DNA of 64,000 nt from an uncultured Verrucomicrobiae bacterium (GTDB lineage Bacteria > Verrucomicrobiota > Verrucomicrobiia > Chthoniobacterales > JAATET01). The stretch is from NCBI GenBank assembly GCA_963803825.1, contig CAWDOJ010000009.1, positions 4,991 through 68,990 of the forward strand, in the 5' to 3' direction. Below, piece after piece: positions 18,352 to 30,901 of the stretch. The notes below the pieces were generated by a model. The model ran no database searches. It was given only the letters and a program-made list of their open reading frames with translations, and had not been told where the DNA came from. Numbering within the stretch: the first letter of the stretch is position 1; the number at the start of each line of letters is the position of its first letter. Both the position numbers and the translations under genes were made by a program.

Positions 18352-19116
18352 TCAGTCTTTGCGCATCAGCCAATACACCTCGCCCGGCCACCAGGGCAAC
18401 GTCGCGCCCCAGCGGAGATTGAACTGCATCCACGCCGCCGAGTTCTCCAGCGGGCTCCCTTTGCTGCGCATGAGAAACGCGCCGGAGAGAAACTCCGTCG
18501 TGCAGCCCGCAGCCTTCCCCATGGCGACCACCCGTTCCGGGGAAAAGATGCTCACGTGGCCCATCGGTCCCGCCGTCTTGCGCACGGCCGCTTCGCGGCG
18601 CTCGATCAGGACGTCGGGCAGCACGGGAAATCCACCGATGAGCACACCGCCGGGCCGCATTTTCTCCGCGACGCGGGCCAGCACGCGCTCGGGTTCGAAC
18701 AAATGCTCCAGCACGTGCAGCAGGATCGCCGCATCGTATTCTCGCGGAAGGTGGAAAGAATCGTCCTCCAGGTTCGCTTCGCAGAAATCGTCGTAGCCAG
18801 CCTTGCGCAGCTTGTCGTTCAGCATGACGGCGTCCACCGCGGTCCAGGCCCCGATCTCCGGGACGACCGGCGCCGAGCGGACGAACTCTAGAAATTGCCC
18901 CGTGTGGACGCCGATCTCGGCGACATCGACCGGACGTCCCAGCCGCTCGGCCTCGACGCGGAGAAGGTGATAGCCAAACCAGTAACGCAGCAGTCGGATC
19001 GGATACCGTACGCCCTTGGCCTCGGCCGGCATCCCGAAGCGCTTCGTGCGCACGACGGGATTGCTGGCAAGAAACTCCGTATCCCAGTCGAGGTGGTTGT
19101 AATTCGAGCCAATCAA
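18352..19116 (-). CDS. Class I SAM-dependent methyltransferase
   Basis: Motif I VAEIGVHTGQ, post-I and Methyltransf_11/23-like ILLHVLEHLFEP, MRPGGVLIG. Start codon uncertain (TTG 19116). Confidence 0.7.
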   Translation of the reverse strand: MIGSNYNHLDWDTEFLASNPVVRTKRFGMPAEAKGVRYPIRLLRYWFGYHLLRVEAERLGRPVDVAEIGVHTGQFLEFVRSAPVVPEIGAWTAVDAVMLNDKLRKAGYDDFCEANLEDDSFHLPREYDAAILLHVLEHLFEPERVLARVAEKMRPGGVLIGGFPVLPDVLIERREAAVRKTAGPMGHVSIFSPERVVAMGKAAGCTTEFLSGAFLMRSKGSPLENSAAWMQFNLRWGATLPWWPGEVYWLMRKD

Positions 19117-19172
19117 GCGCGCGAATCCTGCGAACCGCCCCGTCCGAGGTCAAGTCCCGGGTTGGCCGTCGA

Positions 19173-20267
19173 TCACTCCCGCAGACTGGCCACCACCCGC
19201 CGGACGTCGTCCGCCGTGACTGCGTCCGAGACAAACGCCGATCCGAGCCGCTCCGTCAGCACGAAGCGGATCGCGCCAGCTTCGAACTTCTTGTCGCGCC
19301 CCATGGCCTCCAGGATCGCCTCCTCCGACAGATCGTCCGGCATCCGGACCGGCAGGCCAAAGGCCTCCAACTTCTCCACCACTCGGGCGCATTCCGTCTC
19401 CGTCAGGCCCGCTCGCTCCACCGACAGCCGGAGCGCAGCGTGCAGCCCGATGGCGATCGCTTCGCCGTGAAGATACCGACCGTAACCCGCCGCTTGCTCG
19501 ATCGCGTGCCCGATGGTGTGGCCGAAATTCAGCAACGCACGCTGCCCGCTCCGCTCCCGCTCGTCGGCGACCACGACCCCAGCCTTGATCCGTACGTTCC
19601 GCGCGATCAGCTCATCCAGCCCATCCCGGCGAGCCGGATCCAATTCCCCCAACAGGTCCGCGTCCGCGATGACGGCGTGCTTGATGACTTCGGCGAATCC
19701 CTCCCGAAACTCTCGCTCCGGCAAGCTTGCCAGCGCACCCGGATCCGCGAGGACGGCGAGCGGTTGGTGGAAGACCCCCACGAGATTCTTCCCACCGCGA
19801 GCGTTGATCCCCGTCTTCCCGCCAACCGAGCTATCGACCTGCGCCATGACCGAGGTCGGCATCTGAACGAACGGGATGCCCCGGAAATAAATCGCCGCCG
19901 CGAAGCCGGCCAAGTCACCCACCACGCCCCCGCCGAGCGCCACGAGCAACGCGCCGCGATCCAGTCCGGCCACGATCATCGCGTCGCAGATCTCTTCCAC
20001 GCGAGCGAAGCTCTTTGAGCGTTCTCCCGCCGCGACGGTGATCGGCGTCACGCGGAACCCCGCCTCTTCCAGCGAAGCCCGGACCGCGCCGCCGTAGAGC
20101 TTCGCGACGTTGGTATCGCTCACGAGCGCCACCGCCCGCCCCGCGTGCAGAGCGGCAATCCGCTCCCCGCAACTGGTCAACAAGCCGTCACCAATCCACA
20201 CCTCGTAGGGATTTGCGGCCAACGCCACGTCCACGGAAACCAAACTCGCCATCGCGTTATTCTGCAT
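19173..20267 (-). CDS. aroB: 3-dehydroquinate synthase
   Basis: GGGVVGDLAGFAAAIYFRGIPFVQMPTS, DSSVGGKTGIN, LNFGHTIGHAIE. Confidence 0.92.
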   Translation of the reverse strand: MQNNAMASLVSVDVALAANPYEVWIGDGLLTSCGERIAALHAGRAVALVSDTNVAKLYGGAVRASLEEAGFRVTPITVAAGERSKSFARVEEICDAMIVAGLDRGALLVALGGGVVGDLAGFAAAIYFRGIPFVQMPTSVMAQVDSSVGGKTGINARGGKNLVGVFHQPLAVLADPGALASLPEREFREGFAEVIKHAVIADADLLGELDPARRDGLDELIARNVRIKAGVVVADERERSGQRALLNFGHTIGHAIEQAAGYGRYLHGEAIAIGLHAALRLSVERAGLTETECARVVEKLEAFGLPVRMPDDLSEEAILEAMGRDKKFEAGAIRFVLTERLGSAFVSDAVTADDVRRVVASLRE

Positions 20268-20307
20268 TTCTCATTCCCCATTTCACCTTTCTAATTTCTA
20301 AAAGAGC

Positions 20308-21736
20308 GTGTTCGTCGAATCCCTCCTCGCCATCGTCACGGTTCTCTTCCACGCCGCGGGTGGACTTTTTGCCCTGCAAGGCCTCCTCATCTCGCGCACT
20401 CCGCAGGCCGCCATCGGTTGGGCGCTCGCGCTCATCACCTTCCCCTACGCCGCCATCCCGCTCTTCCTCGTCTTCGGCGAATCGCGTTTCTCCGGCTACC
20501 CCCACGCGGGCACCGGCGACTTCGAGGCCCTCGACTCGGCTCTGAGAAATGCGCAGACCGCGCTCGCTCCCTACCGCACAAATTTCAGCGGGATCTACGG
20601 CGAGATCTCCGAGCTGGTTGAGCCCTTGACTCACCTCCCCACCACCCGCGGCAATGACGCCCAGCTCCTCATCGATGGACAGGAGACCTTCGACGCGATC
20701 TGCGGCGCGCTGGACCGCGCCGAGTCATTCGTTCTCATCCAGTTCTTCATCTTCCGAGACGATAGCCTCGGGCAGCGGCTGCAACGTCACATCCTCGCCG
20801 CCCGGGGCCGGGGCGTCACCGTGCGTCTGCTCATCGATCAGGTCGGCTCTCGCAAGCTCGGCAAGTCCTACCGGCTCGCCCTCACCGACGCCGGCGTCCA
20901 TCTCGAGGTCTTCGTCACCAACCGCGACCGGGGCCGACGATTCCGGATGAACTTTCGCAATCACCGCAAGCTCGTCATCGTCGACGGGCGCGAAGCCTAC
21001 CTCGGTGGGCTCAACGTCGGCGACGAGTACCCTCGGCCTCAGCCCAAAGTTCGGCCCCTGGCGCGACACCTTCATGCGCCTCACCGGCCCCGTCGTCCGC
21101 GCGCTCCAGATGCCCTTCATCGAGGATTGGTTTTTTTCCACGCACGAGATCCTCGATTTGCCCTGGGACATCGAGCCGCCCACCGGCGAGATGCTCGCTT
21201 GCCCCGTGCCCACCGGCCCGGATCGTCCGTGGAAATGCGGCCCCGCCGCCTACCTCGAGATCATCCAATCCGCCCGCCACCGCCTCTGGTTCGCCTCGCC
21301 CTACTTCGTCCCCGAGAACGCGCTCGTCACGGCCATCGCCCACGCGGCCATCCGCGGCGTCGAAGTCCGCCTCCTCCTCCCGCAGATGGCCGACCACCGC
21401 CTCCCGTGGCTGTCCGCATTTACCTTCTACCCGGGCATGCGCGCCGCCGGAGTGAAGATCTACCGCTACCAACCCGGCTTCATGCATCAGAAGGTCGTTC
21501 TCGCCGACGACAACCTCGCCGTCGTCGGCTCGATCAACGTCGACTACCGCTCGTTCATGCTCAATTTCGAACTCTCCACTGTCATCGAAAGCAAGCCCTT
21601 CGCCGCCCAAGTCGAACGAATGCTCCTCGCCGACTTCGCCAGATCCGCCCCCGCCGATATGTACGCCTACGAGAACGCGAGCGTCTTCTTCAAGCTCAAA
21701 TGCCGGGCCGCCGCGCTGTTGAGTTCGCAGCAGTAA
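20308..21736 (+). pseudogene. cls: Cardiolipin synthase, frame broken at CCC 21030-21032 (pseudogene or sequencing error)
   Basis: N-terminal TMs and first HKD (NHRKLVIVDGREAYLGGLNVGDEY) are in ORF 20308... The continuation LGLSPKFGPWRDT and second HKD (FMHQKVVLADDNLAVVGSINVDYRS) are in ORF 21005..21736. Confidence 0.85.
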
Positions 21737-21821
21737 GGGCGGCTCCCGATCTGGTTGACAACACCGTGTTCAAGCGACGCAACGACAAGGCGATTGACGC
21801 GCCCCCTCCCCGGGCGGCGCT

Positions 21822-24691
<2,870 letters not shown>

Positions 24692-24692
<1 letters not shown>

Positions 24693-25069
24693 CAGGAGAT
24701 CTGCTCCCGGTAGGCATCCGGCGACTTCAAAGCATCCAACTCACCCGCGTCCGCAAGCTTCACTTTGTAGATCCATCCCTCGCCAAACGGATCGGTGTTC
24801 AGCAACGCCGGATCCGCATCCAGAGCGGCATTTGCCTCGAGGATCTCGCCACCCACCGGCGAGTAGATGTCGCTCGCCGCCTTCACCGACTCGACCACCG
24901 CGCTGGCCGCCCCGGCCTCGACCACGTCCCCGACCTTCGGCGGCTCGACGAACACGATGTCCGTCAACTCAGCCTGCGCATGATCGGTGATCCCGACCGT
25001 CCCCACGTCACCATCGACCCGCACCCACTCGTGCGACTCCGCGTATCTCAAATCGTCTGGAACATTCAT
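24692..25069 (-). CDS. gcvH: Glycine cleavage system H protein
   Basis: 125 aa. YAESHEWV and lipoyl-Lys motif [13 protein letters not shown]. Stop overlaps the gcvP start by 1 nt. Confidence 0.95.
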
Positions 25070-25151
25070 AAATCTATCAGAAACTCTTCACCCCTTTGTG
25101 ACCTTCGTTACCTTGTGTTCAAAGCTGTATTTGTCTTTCCGGCGACATTCG

Positions 25152-26249
25152 CTACGCCGCCCGCACGTAAAGCGGTTTCTTCCGCACGCTCGCCTTATAA
25201 ATTTTCCCCCGCACCTCGATTCCGACCTCTTGGCCCGATTTCGCCAGATGCGGTGGCAGATACGCCAGCGCGATCCCGTATCCAAGCGACGGCGACAACG
25301 CCCCACTGCACGTCTCGCCGACTTCCTCGCCGTCGACGATCACGCGGTAATGCGGCCGAATCGGGGGCGATTTTTCCTCCACCGCGAGAGCGACCAAGCG
25401 GGAAGGTGCGCCGTCGATTTTGTGCCGCTCCACCGCTTCTTTCCCCACGAAATTGTCTTTCGTCAGATCCACAAAAAACCCCAACCCCGCCTCGATCGGC
25501 GTCCGGTCGGGCGACAGATCCGAGCCATTGAGCGGGTAACACATTTCCAACCGCAGCGTGTCGCGCGCCCCGAGTCCGCAAGGCACCGCCCCCGCTCCGA
25601 CGAAAGCCTCCCAAACTGACACGATTGTCTGCGCCGGCGCGACGATCTCGAACCCATCCTCCCCCGTGTATCCCGTCGTCACGACAAACACAGCCGCTCC
25701 GGAAAACACGGATGAGACGACCCGATTCCGAGCCTCGGCGAGCGTCTCCCCGAAGACGCAGCCAAACAGTGCCCGAGCCTTCGGACCTTGCACCGCCACC
25801 GCCGCGAAGCTGTCACTCCGATCCGCAAACTCGACGCCGTCGACCAAGCGAGACTCCATCCAAGCCCGGTCCTCATCGATCTTCGCCGCATTGACGATGA
25901 GCAGAAACGCGTGCTCGCCCGTCCGGTAGACGATGAGATCGTCGATCACCCCGCCCGTCTCGTTGAGCATAAGCGTGTACTGCGCCTCACCCTCGGACAA
26001 TTTGGCCACCCGGTTGGTCAGCAGTCCGTCCAGCCAAGCGACCGCACCCTCGCCATGAACGGTGAACTCCCCCATGTGCGAAATGTCAAAAATCCCCGCC
26101 CCGTCGCGCACCGTCCGGTGCTCGGCCATGATCCCCGCGTATTGCACCGGCATCTCCCAACCCGCGAAGTCCACGAGCTTTCCGCCCGCCTCGACGTGTT
26201 TGTCGTAGAGCGGCGTCCGGCGGGGTGGTGTGGCGGGCGGAGTTTCCAT
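25152..26249 (-). CDS. gcvT: Aminomethyltransferase (glycine cleavage T protein)
   Basis: RTPLYDKHVEAGGKLVDFAGWEMPVQY at the N-terminus. Start trimmed to METPP (aa 75 of ORF 25152..26471). Confidence 0.93.
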   Translation of the reverse strand: METPPATPPRRTPLYDKHVEAGGKLVDFAGWEMPVQYAGIMAEHRTVRDGAGIFDISHMGEFTVHGEGAVAWLDGLLTNRVAKLSEGEAQYTLMLNETGGVIDDLIVYRTGEHAFLLIVNAAKIDEDRAWMESRLVDGVEFADRSDSFAAVAVQGPKARALFGCVFGETLAEARNRVVSSVFSGAAVFVVTTGYTGEDGFEIVAPAQTIVSVWEAFVGAGAVPCGLGARDTLRLEMCYPLNGSDLSPDRTPIEAGLGFFVDLTKDNFVGKEAVERHKIDGAPSRLVALAVEEKSPPIRPHYRVIVDGEEVGETCSGALSPSLGYGIALAYLPPHLAKSGQEVGIEVRGKIYKASVRKKPLYVRAA

Positions 26250-26396
26250 CTCCTCGTTTAGATAATGAAGCGTCGTTCGCCGGGCGACGGAAAAATTCCG
26301 AAATCCCAGGCAGAGAAGCGGAGTTTCAATGTTTGCGGCCAGATGATACGCAGAAGTTTCTTGTAAAAAAAGTGATCCGGTTGTCAGATTGCCGCC

Positions 26397-27269
26397 ATGA
26401 ATGCCATTCGCCCCCTCCTCCTCGTCATCGCCACCGCCGGTTTGACCGCCGCTGCGATTCCATCCGCCCACGCTCAGACCCGGTCGCTCACCACGACTTT
26501 TGCGGGCGGAAACTCACAGGACGGCTTCATGTTCGACGTGATTGCCACCCGCCCACTCCAGATCACCGGGGTGCAGTTCGCTTTTGCGTCCCTGCCGCTC
26601 ACCGACACCTTCGAGGTCTACGGAAAAGCGGGCACTCATGTCGGCAGCGAGACCACCGCCGCCGATTGGACGCTCACCGGGGGCGGTGTGGTCACCACCG
26701 CCGCGCTGAACGTCCCAACTCCAATCCTCTTCCTTTCCAGCCCGATCGCGGTCCCCGGAGGAGCGGGAGCGGCGATTTACGTCCGCCGCGTCGATGCGAC
26801 CGAAAATATCCGCTACACCAACGGAGACGGAACCGGAACCGTTGAGTCCTCGGATCCCAGTCTTTTCCTTCTCGAGGGAAAAGGAATCAACGGACTTTTC
26901 GGTGTCGGCAGCGTGATCGACGACCGCATCCCCAACGTCACCGTCCACTACACCCTCACCGACCTAGCCGCCCCGACCGTCTCCGTCATCGGGGCCAATC
27001 GCATTCGCACCACCGAGTCGCGCGTGCGGATCGACGGTTTGGCCTCCGACGACGTCGGCGTCGCCACCGTCCGTGTCCGCTTCAAACGCCAGCGCAACAA
27101 TGGCACGACCCGCAACATCACCCGCTTCCTGCCCTTCGATCCTGCCACGGGTCTGTTCCGCATCAATGTCCGCACCTTCGTCGGTCGCAACCCCGTCCGC
27201 TTCAACGTCACCGACACCGCCGGAAAAGGCTCCGCGACCTCCCGCGCAGTCATCATCCGAAAGGAGTAA
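26397..27269 (+). CDS. Hypothetical secreted protein with C-terminal Ig-like repeat
   Basis: Signal peptide MNAIRPLLLVIATAGLTAAAIPSAHA. Thr/Gly-rich beta-type sequence. No family recognised. Confidence 0.55.
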   Translation: MNAIRPLLLVIATAGLTAAAIPSAHAQTRSLTTTFAGGNSQDGFMFDVIATRPLQITGVQFAFASLPLTDTFEVYGKAGTHVGSETTAADWTLTGGGVVTTAALNVPTPILFLSSPIAVPGGAGAAIYVRRVDATENIRYTNGDGTGTVESSDPSLFLLEGKGINGLFGVGSVIDDRIPNVTVHYTLTDLAAPTVSVIGANRIRTTESRVRIDGLASDDVGVATVRVRFKRQRNNGTTRNITRFLPFDPATGLFRINVRTFVGRNPVRFNVTDTAGKGSATSRAVIIRKE

Positions 27270-27425
27270 GCGGAAACCGGCTCAACTCAAGGAGCGGTCC
27301 GGCAGCCGCCGGCCCGACCCAATCCAATCCGGCGACAGCCGGACACTCCGAATTGCGGCGACGGTCGTTTGATGGTGCCGCCCGCCATTGACACGGCCAC
27401 CACCAGCCCTTACGCTTCCCCGTCC

Positions 27426-29264
27426 ATGAAGCGCGTCCTCTTCGTCTGCACCGGCAACATCTGCCGCAGCCCGATGGCCGAAGGTTTGTTCCGAGCGCTG
27501 GTCAATGATCGACCCGACATCGAAGTCGCTTCTGCGGGTGTCAGCGCCCAAACCGGCCAGACCCCCAGCCGCGAAGCCATCGACGTCCTCCGCGAGGAAG
27601 AAAACGTCGACATCTCTCGGCAGCGCAGCCAACCGGTGACCGAAAAGCTCATCAAGCAGTTCGACTTCATCTTCGCCATGACCCGTGACCATCAGCGGCT
27701 CATGGAACTCCTCTTCCCGACCTCCCAGGGCCGCATTAAACTCGTCCGGGAATTTGATGATCCCGCCCGCGACGTCCCCGATCCCATCGGCCAAGGCCCG
27801 GAAGTCTACGCCCGCTGCAAAGACACCATCAAACGCGCCCTCCCCGCTCTTCTCAACCACATCGACCAAAGCATGATCTCGACCGCCGCCCCAATCGCCA
27901 CTTCCGAAACTATCCCCCACGTCGAGGCGACCGACCCCGAGGTTGCAGCCGCGATCCACGCCGAAGCCCACCGTCAGGCCGAGCACATCGAGCTCATCGC
28001 CAGCGAAAATTACACCTCTCGCGCCGTCATGGAGGCCCAAGGCTCCTGCCTCACCAACAAATACGCCGAAGGCTACCCCGGCAAACGCTGGTACGGCGGC
28101 TGCGAGCACGTCGACGTCGTCGAGAAACTCGCCATTGAGCGCGCCAAGACGATCTTCGGAGCGGACCACGCCAACGTCCAACCCCACAGCGGCTCCCAGG
28201 CCAACGCTGCCGTCTACTTCAGCGTCCTCACCCCCGGAGACAAGATTCTCACGATGGACCTCGCCCACGGCGGGCACCTCACTCACGGCCACCCGGCTAA
28301 TTTCTCCGGCAGACTCTACGAGACCACCCACTACGGAGTCAGCGCCGAGACGGGTCGCATCGACTACGATGCCCTCGCGAAGACCGCCGCCGAAGTGCGG
28401 CCAAAGATGATCACCGCCGGTGCTTCCGCCTACCCCCGCACCATCGACTTCGCCCGCATGCGTGAGATCGCCGATTCCGTTGGCGCCTACCTCTTCGTCG
28501 ACATGGCCCACATCGCCGGACTCGTCGCCGGCGGCGCACACCCGAGTCCCATCGACCACGCCGACTTCGTGACCACCACGACGCACAAAAGCCTCCGAGG
28601 CCCGCGGGCCGGACTCATCCTCTGCCGTGAGCAATACGCCAAGAAGATCGATAGCCTCGTCTTCCCCGGCGTCCAGGGCGGCCCGCTCATGCACGTCATC
28701 GCCGCTAAGGCCATCTGCTTCCACGAGATCCTGCAGCCCGACTTCAAAGCTTACGCGGCCCAGATCGTGTCCAACGCCAAGGCCCTCGCCGCCCAGCTCG
28801 TCCGCCTCGGCTACACGCTCAGCTCCGGCGGGACCGACAATCACGTCATGCTCGTCGACCTTCGGCCCACGGGCATCAACGGAGCCGAGGCGTCGAAGGT
28901 GCTCGACGAAGCCGCGATCACCGTCAACAAGAACGCCATCCCGTTCGACACCGAGCCGATCTTCAAGACCGGCGGCATCCGCATCGGCACCCCGGCCATG
29001 ACCACTCGAGGGATGAAGGAAGACGAGATGATGGACATCGCCGACCTCATCGACGCCGCCCTTAAAGCCAAAGGCGACGAGGCGGCTTTGGCCGAGAGTC
29101 CGCAAGAAGGTCACCTCCCTCACCGCCCGCTTCCCCCTCCCGGCGTAGCCCCCCGGGCCGCGCCGCACCCAGCAGTCACTCGAGTCCCCGCTCGGCCACA
29201 TCGGCCTCGTCCATCCCGAGGAAGTGCGCGATCTCGTGCAGGAGCGTCACGCGCACCTCTGTGA
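27426..29264 (+). CDS. glyA: Fusion: low-molecular-weight protein (Tyr/Arg) phosphatase domain + serine hydroxymethyltransferase (last 17 codons out of frame; canonical stop 29146-29148)
   Basis: N-terminus [17 protein letters not shown] (CX5R P-loop) ... DPIG. Then, with no stop, SHMT: [36 protein letters not shown]. The canonical tail [16 protein letters not shown]-stop is in the +1 frame after 29096. Confidence 0.9.
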   Translation: MKRVLFVCTGNICRSPMAEGLFRALVNDRPDIEVASAGVSAQTGQTPSREAIDVLREEENVDISRQRSQPVTEKLIKQFDFIFAMTRDHQRLMELLFPTSQGRIKLVREFDDPARDVPDPIGQGPEVYARCKDTIKRALPALLNHIDQSMISTAAPIATSETIPHVEATDPEVAAAIHAEAHRQAEHIELIASENYTSRAVMEAQGSCLTNKYAEGYPGKRWYGGCEHVDVVEKLAIERAKTIFGADHANVQPHSGSQANAAVYFSVLTPGDKILTMDLAHGGHLTHGHPANFSGRLYETTHYGVSAETGRIDYDALAKTAAEVRPKMITAGASAYPRTIDFARMREIADSVGAYLFVDMAHIAGLVAGGAHPSPIDHADFVTTTTHKSLRGPRAGLILCREQYAKKIDSLVFPGVQGGPLMHVIAAKAICFHEILQPDFKAYAAQIVSNAKALAAQLVRLGYTLSSGGTDNHVMLVDLRPTGINGAEASKVLDEAAITVNKNAIPFDTEPIFKTGGIRIGTPAMTTRGMKEDEMMDIADLIDAALKAKGDEAALAESPQEGHLPHRPLPPPGVAPRAAPHPAVTRVPARPHRPRPSRGSARSRAGASRAPL

Positions 29265-29601
29265 GATAGTCGGCTTCCCGCCCCGAAGCAAAGTGCCACA
29301 CGTTCCGGCACCAGATCCGGATCCTCGGCGGATCGATGCGCCCAAGTTCGCCGTAGGCTGCCCCTTCGAAGATCCCCAACCAATCCCGCCCGACTCCGAT
29401 CTCCAGATCATCCGCGCCCGGCAAATCCTCGACAAACACCGACACCGCCGCCACGGGACCAGCAATCTCTGCGGGCAGACCATCCAGCGTCCGCTCCACC
29501 ACCTCGCGCGCCAACGCAATCTCTCGGTCTCCAAAATTCACAACTCCCTCACTTCGAACCCACCCACCCCCCAAAATCCAGCCCGAAGTCCCGATCGTCA
29601 T
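29176..29601 (-). CDS. Zincin-like metallopeptidase family protein (DUF1025/Zincin_1-like)
   Basis: 141 aa. VFVEDLP...[20 protein letters not shown] (HExxH near the C-terminus). Confidence 0.65.
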   Translation of the reverse strand: MTIGTSGWILGGGWVRSEGVVNFGDREIALAREVVERTLDGLPAEIAGPVAAVSVFVEDLPGADDLEIGVGRDWLGIFEGAAYGELGRIDPPRIRIWCRNVWHFASGREADYLTEVRVTLLHEIAHFLGMDEADVAERGLE

Positions 29602-29704
29602 GAAGTCTCGTAGTCCTTTCGGGGATGCGGTCGCTGCTCACCCTGTCACGAATCGGACTTTTCCCTTTCGTCCCGCCAAGACCTCGGCTACTCATCGCCG
29701 TCCG

Positions 29705-30811
29705 ATGTTCTTCAAGCCCCGCTACGTCAAGGAAGCGCGCAACTACGTCCAGGCCGCTCGCCGGGTTCAACGCTACCGCGCGGACCGACTTGCCCCCGCT
29801 GACTACGCGGCGCTGGAGGAGGCAATCACCGGACTCGAGCGGGCCGCGAAAGAACGCAGTCGCGGCGCAGTGCGGGACCGGATCGCTCAACTCGACCAGC
29901 TCGTTGGTCGCGTCGCCCCGCCCCGCGACCACGCGGGTTGGCGCGAAAACGTCGAGGTCATCGTGGTTGCTATCGTCATCGCCGCTGGCGTCCGCGCTTA
30001 CCTGCTCGAACCCTTCAAGATCCCGACCGGCTCCATGCAGCCGACCCTCTACGGCTTGGTCGGCACCCCATCTGCCGAGCCGCCGCCTAATCTCCTCGTT
30101 CGCGCCTTCGACTTCGTTGTCGGTGGCCGCACCCATCTCAACGTCGTGGCCAAGGCGGATGAGCGCGTGATTGGTCTGAAAGAGAATTCTTTCGCAAATT
30201 ACTTCACTTTCACCAAGATCACGACGGACAAGAATTCCTACAGCGTGTTCGCCCCTATCCGCCAGCTGCAGGACGACTTCAACGTCACCGAAGGTCGTCT
30301 TTACGCCGCCGGGCAGCCCATCGTCCGAGGCACGGTCGACAACGGCGACTTCGTTCTTGTCAACAAGCTGACCTACAACTTCATCCGACCTGAGCGCGCC
30401 GACGTGTTCGTCTTCAAGACGACCGGCATCACCTTGATCGAGCGCACAATTGCGCCTGGCCTTGGCTCGCAACACTACATCAAGCGGATCGGCGGCATTC
30501 CCGGGGACGAACTCCGGATCGACCCACCCAATCTCTACGTCAACGGCAAGCTCGCGACCGACAAGATGCTCGGGCGCGTGATGTCTGAAAAAGACGGTTA
30601 TCGGGGCTACGGCAATGGTCCTCGTGGCTACTATCTCAGCGGTCCAGATGAATCGTTCCAGATCCCGCCGGGAAATTATTTTGCGATGGGTGACAACAGT
30701 TACAACTCGAGCGATAGCCGCTACTGGGGCCTGGTGGCGGAGAGGAATATCAGCGGTAAAGGCTTCGTTGTCTTCTGGCCCATCACCAAGCGCTGGGGCT
30801 TTATCGAATAG
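29705..30811 (+). CDS. lepB: Signal peptidase I
   Basis: TGSMQPTL (Ser), DFVLVNK, YIKRIGGIPGD (Lys), GDNSYNSSDSRYWG. The ORF opens at 29600. Internal ATG 29705 is preferred because it avoids overlap with the divergent gene. Confidence 0.88.
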   Translation: MFFKPRYVKEARNYVQAARRVQRYRADRLAPADYAALEEAITGLERAAKERSRGAVRDRIAQLDQLVGRVAPPRDHAGWRENVEVIVVAIVIAAGVRAYLLEPFKIPTGSMQPTLYGLVGTPSAEPPPNLLVRAFDFVVGGRTHLNVVAKADERVIGLKENSFANYFTFTKITTDKNSYSVFAPIRQLQDDFNVTEGRLYAAGQPIVRGTVDNGDFVLVNKLTYNFIRPERADVFVFKTTGITLIERTIAPGLGSQHYIKRIGGIPGDELRIDPPNLYVNGKLATDKMLGRVMSEKDGYRGYGNGPRGYYLSGPDESFQIPPGNYFAMGDNSYNSSDSRYWGLVAERNISGKGFVVFWPITKRWGFIE

Positions 30812-30826
30812 ATTGACCCACCGCCC

Positions 30827-30853
30827 CGGGGCATTTTGATATCAAGTGCCCCG
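30827..30853 (+). terminator. Hairpin downstream of lepB
   Basis: cggggca (30827-30833) pairs with tgccccg (30847-30853), 13-nt loop, followed by tcccacttt. Weak U tract. Confidence 0.35.
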
Positions 30854-30901
30854 TCCCACTTTGCGTTCGCGCAGCCCAGCAAGTCGCGGTAGATAAGACT
30901 C

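Noticed and set aside
26250-26396. Expected glycine riboswitch in the 147-nt leader of gcvT.
   Set aside because: Reading the minus strand, I find none of the conserved aptamer cores (GGAGAG, CACCGAAGGGGCAA, CUCUCAGGCAAAAGGAC). There is only a small CGUCG/CGACG hairpin, an A/T-rich stretch and a 10-nt repeat (gcggagtttc at 26237 and 26318) of doubtful significance. cmscan with RF00504 would settle it.
27270-27425. Possible ZTP/THF-type riboswitch in the 156-nt leader of the phosphatase-glyA fusion.
   Set aside because: I see only two short GC hairpins (ccggc-agcc-gccgg and tccggc-gaca-gccgga). These more likely terminate the upstream gene. I could not recognise a pfl-motif (GGGUCGUGACUGGCG ... 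CCGCCUGGGC) or a THF consensus.
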